NCBI GenBank assembly: GCA_000165425.1
Contig: CT868675.1
Coordinates: 1 to 64,000 of the forward strand
Length of the DNA stretch: 64,000 nt
Source of the DNA: Paramecium tetraurelia
Taxonomy: Eukaryota
Reading direction: 5' to 3'
The stretch's first letter is position 1, and each line of letters opens with the position of its first letter. Below are positions 1 through 15,874 of the stretch, piece by piece. The notes under the pieces are model-generated. The model was not told the DNA's origin. It was given only the letters and a program-made list of their open reading frames with translations, and did not search any database. The position numbers were made by a program, and so were the translations under genes.

Positions 1-80
1 AACCGCCATCCCCAAACCCAAACCCCGAATACCCATACACCATAACCCATACCCCAAACCCTAACCCAAACATCTAAACC
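1..80. repeat. Telomeric repeat tract (CCCCAA/CCCAAA, degenerate), macronuclear chromosome end
   Basis: C-rich hexamers ccccaa, cccaaa, ccccga, cccata, ccctaa at the start of the window, followed by an abrupt switch to AT-rich DNA; matches the Paramecium T2G4/T3G3 mixed telomere. Confidence 0.8.
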
Positions 81-1828
81 TAGAGAATAGAGAGATGTAC
101 ATTTTTCTAGCCAATATGATTAATTATATATTGGCATTTTTGGTAATTCGATATACAAACCCATTGAAATGATAATACATATAAAGAGAAACTAATTAAG
201 ATACAAAATCACATTACCAAATTTGCAAATTGCAAAATACCCTATTTTTAGAATGAGAAATATTGTCAAAAAATTGGATAAATCACAATGTTTATTATCA
301 AAGTTTGGTGAATTCTTTGGAATTTCACATATGATATTATTTTGGACTTACAATTCTGCGATCTTCAATTCATAAAATGAAGATTATCAATATCTGCTTA
401 ACCTTAACTCTTATATGATGTCGTTATTTATGTGAACAGGTGCAAAGGGGCGTTACATAGGATATAAATAAGTTTTCAATCTGTCTTTATAAAGACATAG
501 TTAGGATCGAATTTAATTATTCTGTTATTTTCAATAACCATTCAATTTATAGTCTAATATACATGATACTCTAAAGATAATTTTTTCATGAAAGTTATTC
601 TTAAACAAACCTTTCTTCAATTTTATTAGGAAAAAAAATTAATATTTGTTCAGTAAGCATCTTTTTGATTTGAGCAAAGGCATGTAGTTACTATATATAT
701 TATAGGCTTCAGCCATCTTAAGTTGAATTAATTATTTATAGCTCAATTTAACGTTTTTTTACATATAATAATCAATAGCATATTTAGTTTGTACTACTTT
801 AACTCAAAGTTAGTGCTATTAATTCTAATCCATTAATAGAAATGCTAATCCCCTCAATAACAACTAATTTTAACATACTCAAAAGCAATTATATGAAGCA
901 TAGTAATACTAATTTCTAACATCTGAATAAATGCTAATACAAGAAAACAATGACATTTTATAGAGATTATATTTTTTACAAAATTGTTGTATTGTATTAA
1001 TTTAAGTAATATATTTTAAAATCGACTTTTCCAGTATAGTTATTTTCTATTTTAAATAAACAAGTATAAGCATTCTTCAAAAAGATTTTTATGGCTTATA
1101 TTTAAAGTTTAATACTGTATATTCTTGTGATTATTATGTATAATTTTTTGTAGATTGAAAAGGTTTAGCACTATTAAAATCAATTATTATGAAGATCTAT
1201 ATTCATTTTTAAATAAAAATAATAATTAAATAGACAGACATTCCCCAATTGCTATGCTTGTCCCAACACCTCAAATGTAAGATTTTTGAATCGACCCAAT
1301 CATAATACTCCCATAGTTTATGTGAATTGATATAAGTGCTCACACAAACCAGACCCAAAACCAAGAACTATCATAATAGTAATTAAAAAGAACCTCCTAT
1401 TATTTTATATCGAATACTCCCTCATCTTTCTCAAAGCAAATAATAAATTTCATTTTTCTACCTTTTAGCTTGTTAATCTGTTGATGTACTAATTTATTTT
1501 TACTTAAGCTTTTAACTTATTCTTTATCTTAACAAAAGTTCAAATTTAGAAAATTCAGTTTTTTACACATATTGTAAAAAAATTATTATTCAAATAACAA
1601 TGCAAGTATACAAATACTTCATGATTTTCCAACCTGATAATACATCATTAATACAAAAAAAATAAATTTCTATATTTGAGTTGAGTTGTTAAAATATGTA
1701 TTCTTGAAATTTAATTTATTAAAGTTTAAAATGTATGGCTGATTTTTTTATTCGATTCAAGGAAATATTTTTTTCTTCAAGGATTATCTACACTTTAATA
1801 ATAATTTTATATTAAAATACAATTAGAA

Positions 1829-4136
1829 ATGAACTCCGATCAAAAAGGAAGATTTAGAATTACAGAGTTGATTAATTTAAACCTTATCCTAATTTTAAAG
1901 GAGAAGAAATAAATAATAAATACTACTTCTTTCTAAATATTCACATCATCTAAAAATGTTTATGAAATGAAGGTAGAATAATCAAAGAGCGATGATCAAC
2001 TATTTCAAGGGTAGGTTCAACTTATTGAGAAAGCTATTGATCACCTTTTTTTGAATGTTAAAGACCTATCAATCAAATAGCATAATATTATTTCTATTCA
2101 TATACCGATTGATTAAGAATAGATGATAACAAATCGTAAAGTCGTGCTGAAGCTTAATGAAAATTCAATAGAAAGACTAATGAAAATATAAAATACTTTT
2201 GAAATAGATTAGTGGTTAGATGCTATTTTGGGAATTTAATCTTAATTTAGGGGGAGGTTGACAGCAAGAAATTAAGGACAGACAAATCAAATTGATAATG
2301 AAACAATAAGGCTTACAGAAACTTAGTAAAAATTTGAGTAGCAACTAAGATCCTAAATAAGGGAAATAGAAAATACAGAGTAATAACTTAAACAATTTAA
2401 GGAGTTCTTTAATCACTCCAATTAATCTTAAGAGTAGGAAAAAACATCTCTTATAAACTGCTTGGTTTAATAGGATTAGACAATTATGAATATTTTGTAA
2501 TCATAATGGAGAAAATCAGAAACTATATTGAACTGCTTCAAAATTAAAAGTTCGATTGACAAATTTACAAATAATATTGAAACCTTAATAAAGGAAATCA
2601 AAAATATTGATTCTTAGATTCAATAAGAATAGGTAAATTTTAATAAAAAAACAATTTAATTATAATTGAAGGATCAAATTTTGGAAAGGCTTACTTATAA
2701 AATCGAATGTCTGAAAAAAATTAATCCTCTTGTTTTAAATAAAATAGAATTTTTAACGAAGATGAACAAAGAGATAGTGACATGTGAAAGATATTTTGAA
2801 TAAAATTATAATGAAACAAATAAAGAATAGCTCTAAATCATCTAAAATTTGAAAACTTTATGTCTCGAAGCATGTGAAAATACTAATCATTTTTTAGAAA
2901 TATTAAATTTCAATAATGATTTAAAGCTGTAACAAGAACTAGAAATATTCAAAAAAAAAGAAAAGGATAATCAAATGTACTAAACCAAATTAGAATAACA
3001 AATTTAATAATTATAAGATGAGCTAGAAAAATAAAAAAAAAGAGCAATAGATTTAGAAAATCAATTAAATTGTCTTTACAAATAAATTGAAGATCAAAAA
3101 AAACAATTATAGCAAAATAAATAAAAAAATCAAGATAATTTAAGTTAATAGTAAAATGAATCTGATCAAACAAAAAATAAACTAGCAGAAGAGGTTGCCT
3201 CGCTAAAATATAGCCTTTAATCTCAATAAGTTGATAATAAAATAAACAATAATAAATTAGAATAAAAAATTACATTATTATAAAATGAGCTTGAAAAAAA
3301 ACAAAACCAAGAAAAAGAAAATAAAATAACCAAAACAAATTTAGAATAATAAATGTAATTAGTATCAAGTGAACTTGAAAAATATAAAAACAATGCTAAA
3401 GATTTAGAAAATCAATTAAATCGTCTTAACCAATAAATTGGGTAAATTGAAGCTCAAAACAAACAATTATTGCATATTAATTAAGATAATTAAGATAAAT
3501 TAATCTTAACTTAAAATGATGTTGATCAATCTAAATCAAAATTAAAAGTAGCAGAAGATGAAGTTGTATCACTTAGATACTAACTTTATTCTCAATAAGA
3601 AAAGAAATTTGGAGATTCGAAATTAGGAAAAATATCTAATATCTAATATCATTTTAACAATTAGCGATTAACTTTATATGATCAGGTTATAAATTAGAAG
3701 CAATTTTCAATATTTTCAATTAATATAGTTAAAAAGTATTCAACAACATTTATTTAGGTCTTTATCAGAAAAATCCTATTTTGGAATTTGTGATAAAAAT
3801 ATCACAAATGCTGAATTTGTGTAATTTTTGAATGATAAAGAATCTCCATAGAAACAAATTTATATTATTTTTTCACTAGAAGGTGAGAGGCTTAATAACT
3901 TTTAAGAAGTTATCAGTTAAGTATCTCCAATCACCAAGTTCCTTCCAGGTTAAAATGCTGTTGTAATATTTGATCCCTCTGTATCTACCTTAACTATTTA
4001 TAAGAGCCAAAATGAATTAGAGGTTTTTAGCTTTAGTTTACCATCAATAGAAAAATAATTTGTCCCTTGCTTCATTCATTCTGATTTTGATGAAACAAAG
4101 TAAATCGCTCCATAATACATGAATTTTGAAATATGA
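1829..4136 (+). CDS. Coiled-coil repeat protein with possible C-terminal SPRY/B30.2-like domain
   Basis: Long open frame in ciliate code from ATG 1829 to TGA 4134-4136; one 22-nt intron near 3736; internal duplicated coiled-coil unit; C-term SYFGICDK...FLPGQNAVVIFDPSVSTLTIYK...FVPCF. Confidence 0.7.
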
Positions 4137-4777
4137 TTAATTATCTTAAAAATGTTATTTTATAAACTGATGAAATTAAAATCATTATAAATTCTTCTAA
4201 TTTATTTGTGTTAGTTAGATCATTTTAACTTGAATTTTTATTCATCCTAATTTTTGCGTATAATTATTGTTTGATTAACTAATTTTATATTGTTATAATA
4301 ATGATAATAAAGGAGTTATATGGAAACAATATTTATTATGTTATTAATCCTTTAATCTTCATGGTATTGATTATGTGAGATTAATAACTGTTGGCTTGAG
4401 AAGCTTTCAAATATCTAGAGTCCAATAAATAATTGTAAAATTATATCTAAAAGCTTGTTTAACTAATATTATCCTATTGATGAATGTAAAAATCTTAATC
4501 TAAAACTCATTTTATTAATTGTAGATTAAATAAATTTTATGTTGGAATTTTCAATAATTGAGTGTAGATCTTGAAAACCAATTATGAAAATTTGAAGGTA
4601 CTAAATACTTATTTAGAGGTTTAATTTTGTATAAATGATCAAATTTATATAAACTGATTCAAGTTTATAATTTTCCAAAATTAAATGTATTAGTGCAATT
4701 AAAAAAATTGAATCCATACAAATTATTAAGTAGAATAAATATAATATAATAATGATTTGAAAAATTGATTATGAATT

Positions 4778-5368
4778 TCAGAGTAGGGTTTCATTATAGT
4801 GGTTTATAAGATCTGATATGATTTTTTCTGAGAAGGGAGTTATCCGATTAAGAGATGACTTTAATTTCTCTTCATTAACTTAAGTAATTTCTGATAAAAT
4901 CCTTGTATTCAATCCTCCATATTATAAAAAAAAAATATCGGCTGCAATTTTAACTGTCAATGCCACTTGTAAATTTTATTCTAATCTTCCAATTAAGTAA
5001 TTTAACTATTTCTTTAAGATTACACAGATTTCAGAAACTTAATCACAAAATCCCAATTTTTTACAAACAAATGTGAAATTACTGGCCTGCTATTTTTCAA
5101 TGTATTTTATAATTTATTCCAATTTGGTATCAACCTTAGGCAGTTTCTTTCCAAACTCTTTTAAACAATACAATATAACTCCACGAGCTGCTGTTTGGTT
5201 ATTTGGCAGTGGAGTCTACTTTATGATTCTGATTGCTTTTTTTTCTATCTCAAAATCCAGATTCAATTTGAATATCAGATGTTGAACTTCCTCTAGCAAT
5301 GTCGTCTCAACTTTATGGGTTAAGAAGTCAACATTGAATTTTGGAATAGGAGGTCTTTATTGAGTCAT
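4778..5368 (-). CDS. Hypothetical protein, tentative TFIIB/cyclin-fold-like helical repeats
   Basis: Intronless 197-codon frame MTQQRPPIPKFNVDF...LINHYNETLL*; two helical repeats (LIFKLNL...AARGVILYCLK; VCKKLGF...IAADIFFL). Confidence 0.6.
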
Positions 5369-6017
5369 TTGTTTTTAATTATTTCTTAAAGCTTAATTAC
5401 TTAAGAATTTTTAATTGATGACTTAATTCAAGACAAATGATTACGTTTTGATTAATATATAATTATTTATAATTGTCACTCAATTTTAAATTTCGATTTA
5501 CATCTTAATATTATCAAAGTAGCTCTCAAGTATTAATTTTAAGTTATTATTCATTTTTGGTATGCACAAATTCCCCTTTGATATTTTAACCTTAAAGCTT
5601 TTCTCGAAATAAGCTTTGATTAAAAGTCAACGATCTCTAGCAATAACTGAAATATAAATTTCTTAGAAACTGGTAAATGGTGGTTATAATGGGCAAAAAT
5701 TTCCTGATTTTCTATTTAAATTTCTCTTTCAGAAGGGATTCTGCAGGGAGTAATTTAATTTATAATTACTTATAATAATAGAAGGTTAAAAGTATTTTCT
5801 TAATACAATTGATTTTAGGAATAATTTTACTCCTTGGTATGGAAACACTCACTTAATTAAAATATTTTATCACTTCAATTTCTTTTTAAATTCTATGCCA
5901 TTTATATTCTTGATTTAAACTTTTTGTTAACTCTAAAATTAATAAAATGCAATATAAAACAAACTAAAACAATTTTTAGTTTATTTTCACTTATAATAAG
6001 AATATAAATATATTATG

Positions 6018-6469
6018 TCATTCACAAAACAAATTCAGTTTTAATTGATTCAGCAGTTCCTTATTTAAATCAATATCTTTTTCTTCAACATTTAAATACT
6101 AAATCTTGGCCTTTTCTTCCAAATATTTTTATTATCGCCATTATTTTTTAATTTCTATCTCATTTTGTATTCTTCTTTAAGTCTTTGTCATTTGGTACTA
6201 ATCGAATAATTAATTATTATAGCTCTTTATTAAATCATCTTTTTTACTTTTACAATGGATGCTTTGAATTTTGAGTAAGTTGATTTTATTGCAGGGTTTA
6301 ATCTTAATGGAGATTTTGTGTTGTTTTTTTCAGACTTGTATTTAAACTAAGGCTGCTCAAATAAAGGATATTTACAAGGTTTAGGAACTTTATCATCTAA
6401 TATCTTCGAATGGATCATCCGTTATTACAATTAAGGCAAAGACTAAGAATTAATTAAACTTGATTTCAT
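6018..6469 (-). CDS. Hypothetical protein
   Basis: MKSSLINSQSLPQLQ...LKLNLFCE*; needs one ~23-nt intron to stay in frame. Confidence 0.55.
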
Positions 6470-6546
6470 ATTTTATAATTTTTAACTTATAATGTTAAAA
6501 GCGAATTGATCATTAGATCAATATTTTACGATTGATGAAATACATT

Positions 6547-9188
<2,642 letters not shown>

Positions 9189-9540
9189 TAGAATTATAAT
9201 ATATAAATTTATAAATGATAAGTTTAATTCCTATACAAGTTCAACTTATTCTAATGATTTATGTTTAAAATGTTCGAACATAAAAACAGAATAATAAATT
9301 GTAATTTAATTTTTTTGCAGATAAGGTATCTTCCAGAAATAAATAGATTTCAATGCAACTTTCATTTTAATGGCATTTAGAGAACCTCACTAATTATTAT
9401 CTATCATTTTGCTTATATTTTTAGTGTTCAGATAAGAGAATCGTGTTTAAGGGATTGATCATAGTTTAAAATTCACCATCATTGGAATATGATTAAATTA
9501 ACAAAGAAATTAATTTACATAAAAAAAAATTAAAAAAGAA

Positions 9541-10549
9541 ATGTCAAGTTTCTAAAACAGAGTTCAATCATTGTAGTGTGAAGAAGCTAATCATGATAAC
9601 AAACCGATTTCATTGATTTGTTTTAACAAGAACTGTTAAAAAAGGAAAGTTTGTTTAACTTGTGTCGAGGAATTTCATAAAGATCATAAATAGGAATTGG
9701 CATCGTTAGAAGATGTTGAAGCATTTATCAAAAATAATTAAATCAAATAAAGAGGAACATTCTAATGCAATGATATCTTAGGAAGGTTCGATGAATTTAA
9801 AAATGATGTCCTCAGCCAATTAAAAGTGTTGGAATTCATTTTAAAGGAAAAAGTACTTCAATTATTTCGCAATTTGAATAATACAGATAATAAATTATAG
9901 CAAATAGGCGATGACTGTGAAAATGACCTCAATGATCTATAAAGCAAATGCAATTAATAAATTGAGGAATTTAAAAGTGAATGGAATAAAAAACTCAATT
10001 AATTTAAATCTATTCTTACTCCAATCCATATTAATTTAAAGAGATTCGAAAAATTAAGCGAAAAGGAAATAGATTTGACCCCATAATAGGTAAATATTAA
10101 TGTTTTGTACCCGAAACACACAATTAAATTAACTAAATTGAATATATCATTGCTATAAAAAGCTTTTCACGATAAATAAATCGAATTAGAATTCTCAATA
10201 TTCAAAAATATGTATCTAATTTATTAATTTAAATAGGAATTTGTAAGAAAAATTACATAGTTGGAAGGTTATTATAAATCATAATGAAATGAAAATTGAA
10301 AAAAACACATATCAAATTTAAATGCCAGATCATATATATTTAAAAGAAGGAGAATGCTACAGTTTGGAAATCAAAAGTAATTAAGATGTTAAATTTAACT
10401 TATCAAATGAACAAAGTTTGGAAAATCAACTTATTGGGTTTTAATAAACTGATTATGAAAATGCATCTTTCAAAACTGATTAAAAAATAACAATCATCAG
10501 TTAAAGTGCAAGTGGATTATTAGTATCTATTGAGGCATTTTTAGAATGA
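9541..10549 (+). CDS. B-box-type zinc finger / coiled-coil protein
   Basis: CEEANH...ICFNKNCQKRKVCLTCVEEFHKDH followed by coiled coil; TGA 10547-10549. Confidence 0.75.
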
Positions 10550-10729
10550 TAAAGAGAAGTAATATTATAATGCAAAAATAATTTATCAATTTTATAATTA
10601 ATGTATCAAATTATCAACATATCAATTTTCAATGTTAAAGAATTTTGAAAATCTTAAGAAATAATGATCATTTGCTAAGAAATAATGATGAAAGTAAATG
10701 CAAAACTTTTAGATTATAGATATTGATGA

Positions 10730-11593
10730 TCATTTATCATAATAGATGGAGAATTAAGGAGCTTTGCTAACTTTAGACATCCACCCTTTATTCCAATCTG
10801 ATTGGCCTAGAACAGGGCCAGGCCTACTACTATTGTATTTCTTGAGGTTTTTCACAGGTTTCCTAGTAGATTATTCTTTAAACTTTTTATCAAAAGTGAA
10901 ATATGTAGGATCATCTGGTGAATAGCTATTAGGTCCAGGATAGTGAACTACTGGAGATTTTGATTTTGTTTTTTTGATTACATGTTCACTAACCACTCTT
11001 GATGGAGTATTATAAGCCCCTGGTCCTGGGACATTTATTTATTAGCTTATAAGATCTTCAAAATAGTTAGTCCTGTGTTATTATCTATATTCGATTAATA
11101 TATTATATATACTTTTATCTCTAAGAAATTATAGGTTCATTCTCTATACTTTTGGATTTGAACTCTTTATTATAATCTGCAGGTCCAGGCCTTGGGTATC
11201 TTTTTTCATCAGTTACAATGTCAGATATGATTGTTTTTCTTTAATTTTACTCGATATATTTGCTTGATTCTTTCGTTTTCTTTTGCTCTGTTGGCTCTGA
11301 CCAAAATGATTAATATTCGTATTTAGGGCCAGGAAGTTTGGAATGATACTCTTATAAATCTTCAATAAAAGTTCCTCGTTTTGGAGGCTTGACAGGTTTG
11401 GCTAAAGTTATGTTCAGTCTTAAATACTGGTCAATCTTTTGACCTTGCAGACTTCTGGATATATTTTCATGTCAGGCATTTCTTTCAAACCCCAATCTGT
11501 ATGATATCTGTTTGCAATTGCATATACTGTTTCTATAGGCTCTTTATTTAAAGACGTGTCATTATGAACTGTAGGTAGTCTGGGTCTGGACAT
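10730..11593 (-). CDS. SHIPPO/ODF3-like PGP-repeat ciliary protein
   Basis: Repeated PGPKY, PGPADY, PGPGAY, PGPNSY motifs; 26-nt intron near 11405-11430. Confidence 0.75.
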
Positions 11594-12077
11594 ACAAATT
11601 TATAAATAATAATAATCTCATTTTAGAAACTCATAAATAATCCATCAGTTACGTTATTATATTGTAGTTGATCCTTCTTATTGTAATGGTAAGAGATAAT
11701 TTCTATATTTGATAAATAGTGGTTTTAAGTTTGAAAAAATTATAGTGATAACGATACAAGTTAAATAATAAGTTGGTTCCTTAAGTATTAATTAAATTAT
11801 TCATACAATAAGGAATTTTCTTAGATCCTCATTTATTTGGTTGGCTTAGTATTTTCAACGAAAATAATTATATTTTGAATCTATTTCCTTGATTGTGTAA
11901 GGAATATTGTTTCAGCAAAAATTAAAGATTCAATATAGCTTTAAATTGTTTAATTAATCATTCAGAGACACTACATATATAGTTTGTGAATAAAATCATA
12001 TGATGTTTATTAATTCAAAGTCTAAATCAACTTGATAACAAACTCATTTTATTAATCATTATAATTAAGCAATACTA

Positions 12078-12607
12078 ATGCAGAATAATGGACATGTAAG
12101 ACTTGCTTCAGAAATAACCCCAACTCCTTATGAAGGACCTGCCTCTGGGGTTGTTTACCCATAGCTTCCAAATCCAAATATGTAGATCGGATAGCCGATT
12201 CAACCAATAGTTCCAACTCAACAATATGTAAGATAAATCCCATACCAATAATAACAATATCCATAAATTTAATAACTACAATAAGTTACTTACAATCCCA
12301 CAGCTATCTAATAAGGTATTAATCAAAAGTTATTTAAAGTCTAACCAGTTTATTCTAAATATCCTCATATGATTACATGTGCTTATTGTCAAAGATAAGT
12401 TTAAACACAAGTTTACTATGAAGTTGGAACTGGAGCTTATGCTGCTGGTGGACTTTTGGCTGCTGTCGGTCTTTGGTTAGGGTAATTTTAAATTTAATTT
12501 TTAGATGTTGTTTAATTCCATTTTTTGTCAAAGATTGCAAAGATGCAGTTCACTTCTGTCCTTCATGTTAGGCTAAAATCGGTAAAAAGAGATTCTTATT
12601 TGATTGA
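12078..12607 (+). CDS. LITAF-domain (zf-LITAF-like) protein
   Basis: Pro/Gln-rich N-term, CAYC...hydrophobic segment...CCLIPFFVKDCKDAVHFCPSCQAKIG; 24-nt intron. Confidence 0.92.
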
Positions 12608-14054
12608 TATATGGATAGATTTACAGCAAATAATAATATAAGATATTTTTTATTTCTTCTTCAATTAAGCATTTTATCACAAATTAATTAAACAACTGAG
12701 TTGCCTCAGCAGTATTCTCAGTCTTTCAATGGTTTTCAATAAAAACTCCAATTTTTTCTATATGGATATCCGAGTTCCACAAATCATGAACTACTAGACA
12801 TTTTATTAAATCTAAATATTAAACTCTGTAGTAGATATTTAGGAAAAGAAAAACTTCTTTGATATACCATCTTGAAATTTTCAATGACATTAAAGAAGTT
12901 TCTGAGGATAAACCTAATTAATTCTATTTAATATTAAGAGTTGTTGAGATATTATTCAAAGATTCTAAGAGTGGGGTATAAGTGTCTTATACTTTGAAGA
13001 TTTAAGTGTTATTATAATAAAAACGACATTCTTTATGTATGTGAATCATAAATATAAAGATTTACAATAAAGCAAAATATTTACTATTATATTCATGTAT
13101 AGATTATAATTATATATAAATATTTCAAATATTCAGCATCTTATTTTTTATCAATTAACTACAGGAATAATTATTATTTGAATTATCAAGAATAATTTCT
13201 TTTAAAATGTAATTTTGTTTCCAAAAATTAGGATTTGACTTGCAAAAGTATTTTTGTGTAGTTTAGGATCTTTCTGATTACCAAAAAATTTGGCAAATTA
13301 ATTATTTATATTTTAAACTTTTGAATAAAATATAACAAAATAAAATGAAATAAGTCATCAAAAAATATCATCCATTTCCAAATGAGGCACTCTTTACCTT
13401 ATTAACTCTACTTTTCAAAGTTATAGATTGAAGGGTCATTTTATCTCTTAACTATTATTTTGCATAGATTAACTAAAATATCCAAAGTTTATTCACCATC
13501 ATCTCACAGATCAACACTCTTTTATACTTCATATTAAAAATGTCCAATATCATATCAATAGTAATCTATTTAATCTTTAATTAACTTCAGATACTTTTTC
13601 AATCATTCTATTTCACAAATTTACTTGAATATATACTAAATTTGCTTTAAAAGAATGAATTACTATCTACTCTATTTCTCTTTTGCTTTTGATAATATTT
13701 TTTGTTTATCTAATCTATATTTCTGTATTTTTTTAGTTTTCTGATAATTAATAATGAAATTTATTCTTAAACCAATCTTTATTTGAATGAGTATCTGAAT
13801 ATATTAAAATAAGGTCTAATGGTATATGATAATTATATAAGAAGTCATAAATTTAAATTCAAAAAGAAGTTGCAACCAAAGAGTCTTGTTAATTCAATGA
13901 GTAAAAGAAGTCGAAAATAACTATTTTCTTATTATTTGGCAACGTTTCTAATTAAGATAAATATAATGAAATCATTACTCTTGTATTCAAAGGTTTTGAA
14001 ATTTAATAGTCATTATGTATTATTATTATTCAATTGAATATAACAAATATTATA

Positions 14055-15778
14055 ATGAATAGTAATAATGAGAAAGCTAAGATTGACTCAATAATAGATT
14101 AATTTTATGGATTTAAAGTGATTGAAGAAGTACCAGATGAAGAGAGACATTTTGATTAGATTGTTCAATAACCAGATTAAACTGTAATATAAAAGATGCT
14201 TGTATGAGTATTAAAATATTCTCATAGGATGATAGTTTGCAAAAGAGATAGGAGTTTATTTAAAGCAATGACTGCAAAGAATACTCATAAATGCTAATAA
14301 TATCTTAAATAAGGATGGATTTCACAAATGATGATCCATTTCTTAAACATCTTATGAATGTCGAAAAAGCAATAAAGAAGGCAATACGAAATATCTTGTT
14401 GTAATTATAAAAGCTTGAAAATAAACAATAGTTCAAAGAGGCCTGTGATAAATTGATAAAAATATTTTATCAAGATATCAATATTGGATTCATTACATCA
14501 ACTGGGTAAATAAAATCAACAGCCTATGCTTTTATTTTTAAGTCAATAATCGAATTAATAAACAGAAAAAAGATTAATTTATAGTTTAAAAAGATCCCTC
14601 TTAAAATTACATTAACTTTCTTTGCAATTGATTCTCTTTAGCAAATCATACCAGCATAAAAGTTATATGATCCCAGAAGTGCATTTATTAGAAATAACAA
14701 ATTTTTTAATGACTATATAATACTGTCTTAAACAAATCAAGATGAACTAAGGAGTGGAGTATCTATCTTCTTTGTGTACAGACCAGAAGATGATTAGATA
14801 TATGCATTGAAACGAGTAAGAAATATCTTAACTTAAATTCTAGAGCAAATTGTAAGCAACTCAACTTGATTTTTTCTCTGTTTTTTCTGCAACTGCATCA
14901 AACACTCCAATAACCCCAGACATTCGAAAAATCAGAGAAGCTAAAATACTTTCCAAGTTAATACATCCAAATATCTTGAGGTATTTTTTGTTATACAGTA
15001 ATTTAAGACTTTTTGCTTGGTGGATCGAACAAACAAACGATGGCTATTATTTGTATATGTAACTTGAATATTGTTCCTTTCCTGGTTATAAATATCAGCC
15101 AACAGATCTGTTAACATTTTCATACTATTATCTAAATGTTATGTAAAATGCGGAAAAAATTAATAAAATTAAATCTATTCTAAATCAAATATTAGATGGT
15201 CTGGAATACATTCATTAAAGAGGAATTATACATAGAGATTTAAAACCTGAAAATATTTTTGTGACTATCAATATCAAGGGAGATCTATAAGTAAAATTTG
15301 TTACAAATAAACTGGTTAGGTTGTATTAGCAGATTTCGATTAGGGAAAGGATGTTAGAGAGGAAAAACTATCTACCATGACTGATGAAAGACTTCCGTAA
15401 GAAGAACTCAATTCGATTACATCTCAAAATACTATTACAACAGGCACTTTTGGTTATCAGACCGCTAATTATGTTAAAGATTCGCATTATAGCATGGCAG
15501 ACGAATTTTATGCTATTGGAATCATTTTACTGCACCTTGTCATTGCATTTCCAGGAGAACCAAAGAATAGAAATCATTATGCAAAGACTTTTGTGATGGC
15601 GAATCAGGCAGAAGATGTATTATCGTTATTTGACACATGGGCTAATAAATTTGTTAAAAATAAAAGTATTGATTTTTCTTTCACTCACTATAAAAATGTC
15701 ATGGATCTAGCCAAATTATTGACAAGCTCTAGAAAATTAACTCATGCTGATGTTAGGAGAATGATCAATGAATTATGA
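14055..15778 (+). CDS. Divergent protein kinase, eIF2-alpha kinase (PEK/GCN2)-like
   Basis: YALKR, REAKILSKLIHPNILRLFAWWIE...LYMQLEYC, GLEYIHQRGIIHRDLKPENIF; DFG reads DFD. Confidence 0.8.
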
Positions 15779-15874
15779 GTTTTGTTATGTAACCAAATAT
15801 AGCTATTTTTTATGAGATTCATTTTTCTAATAAATTAAATTTAGATACTGAATAAACAAAATATTTAAATAAAC

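Noticed and set aside
81..1828. Gene or transposon in the subtelomeric segment
   Set aside because: Only short broken frames (for example minus strand 1230-1440); no transposase motif or terminal repeats seen
5525..5920. TGA-free frames on both strands
   Set aside because: With only one stop codon, open frames of this length arise by chance; no motif or clear start supports either
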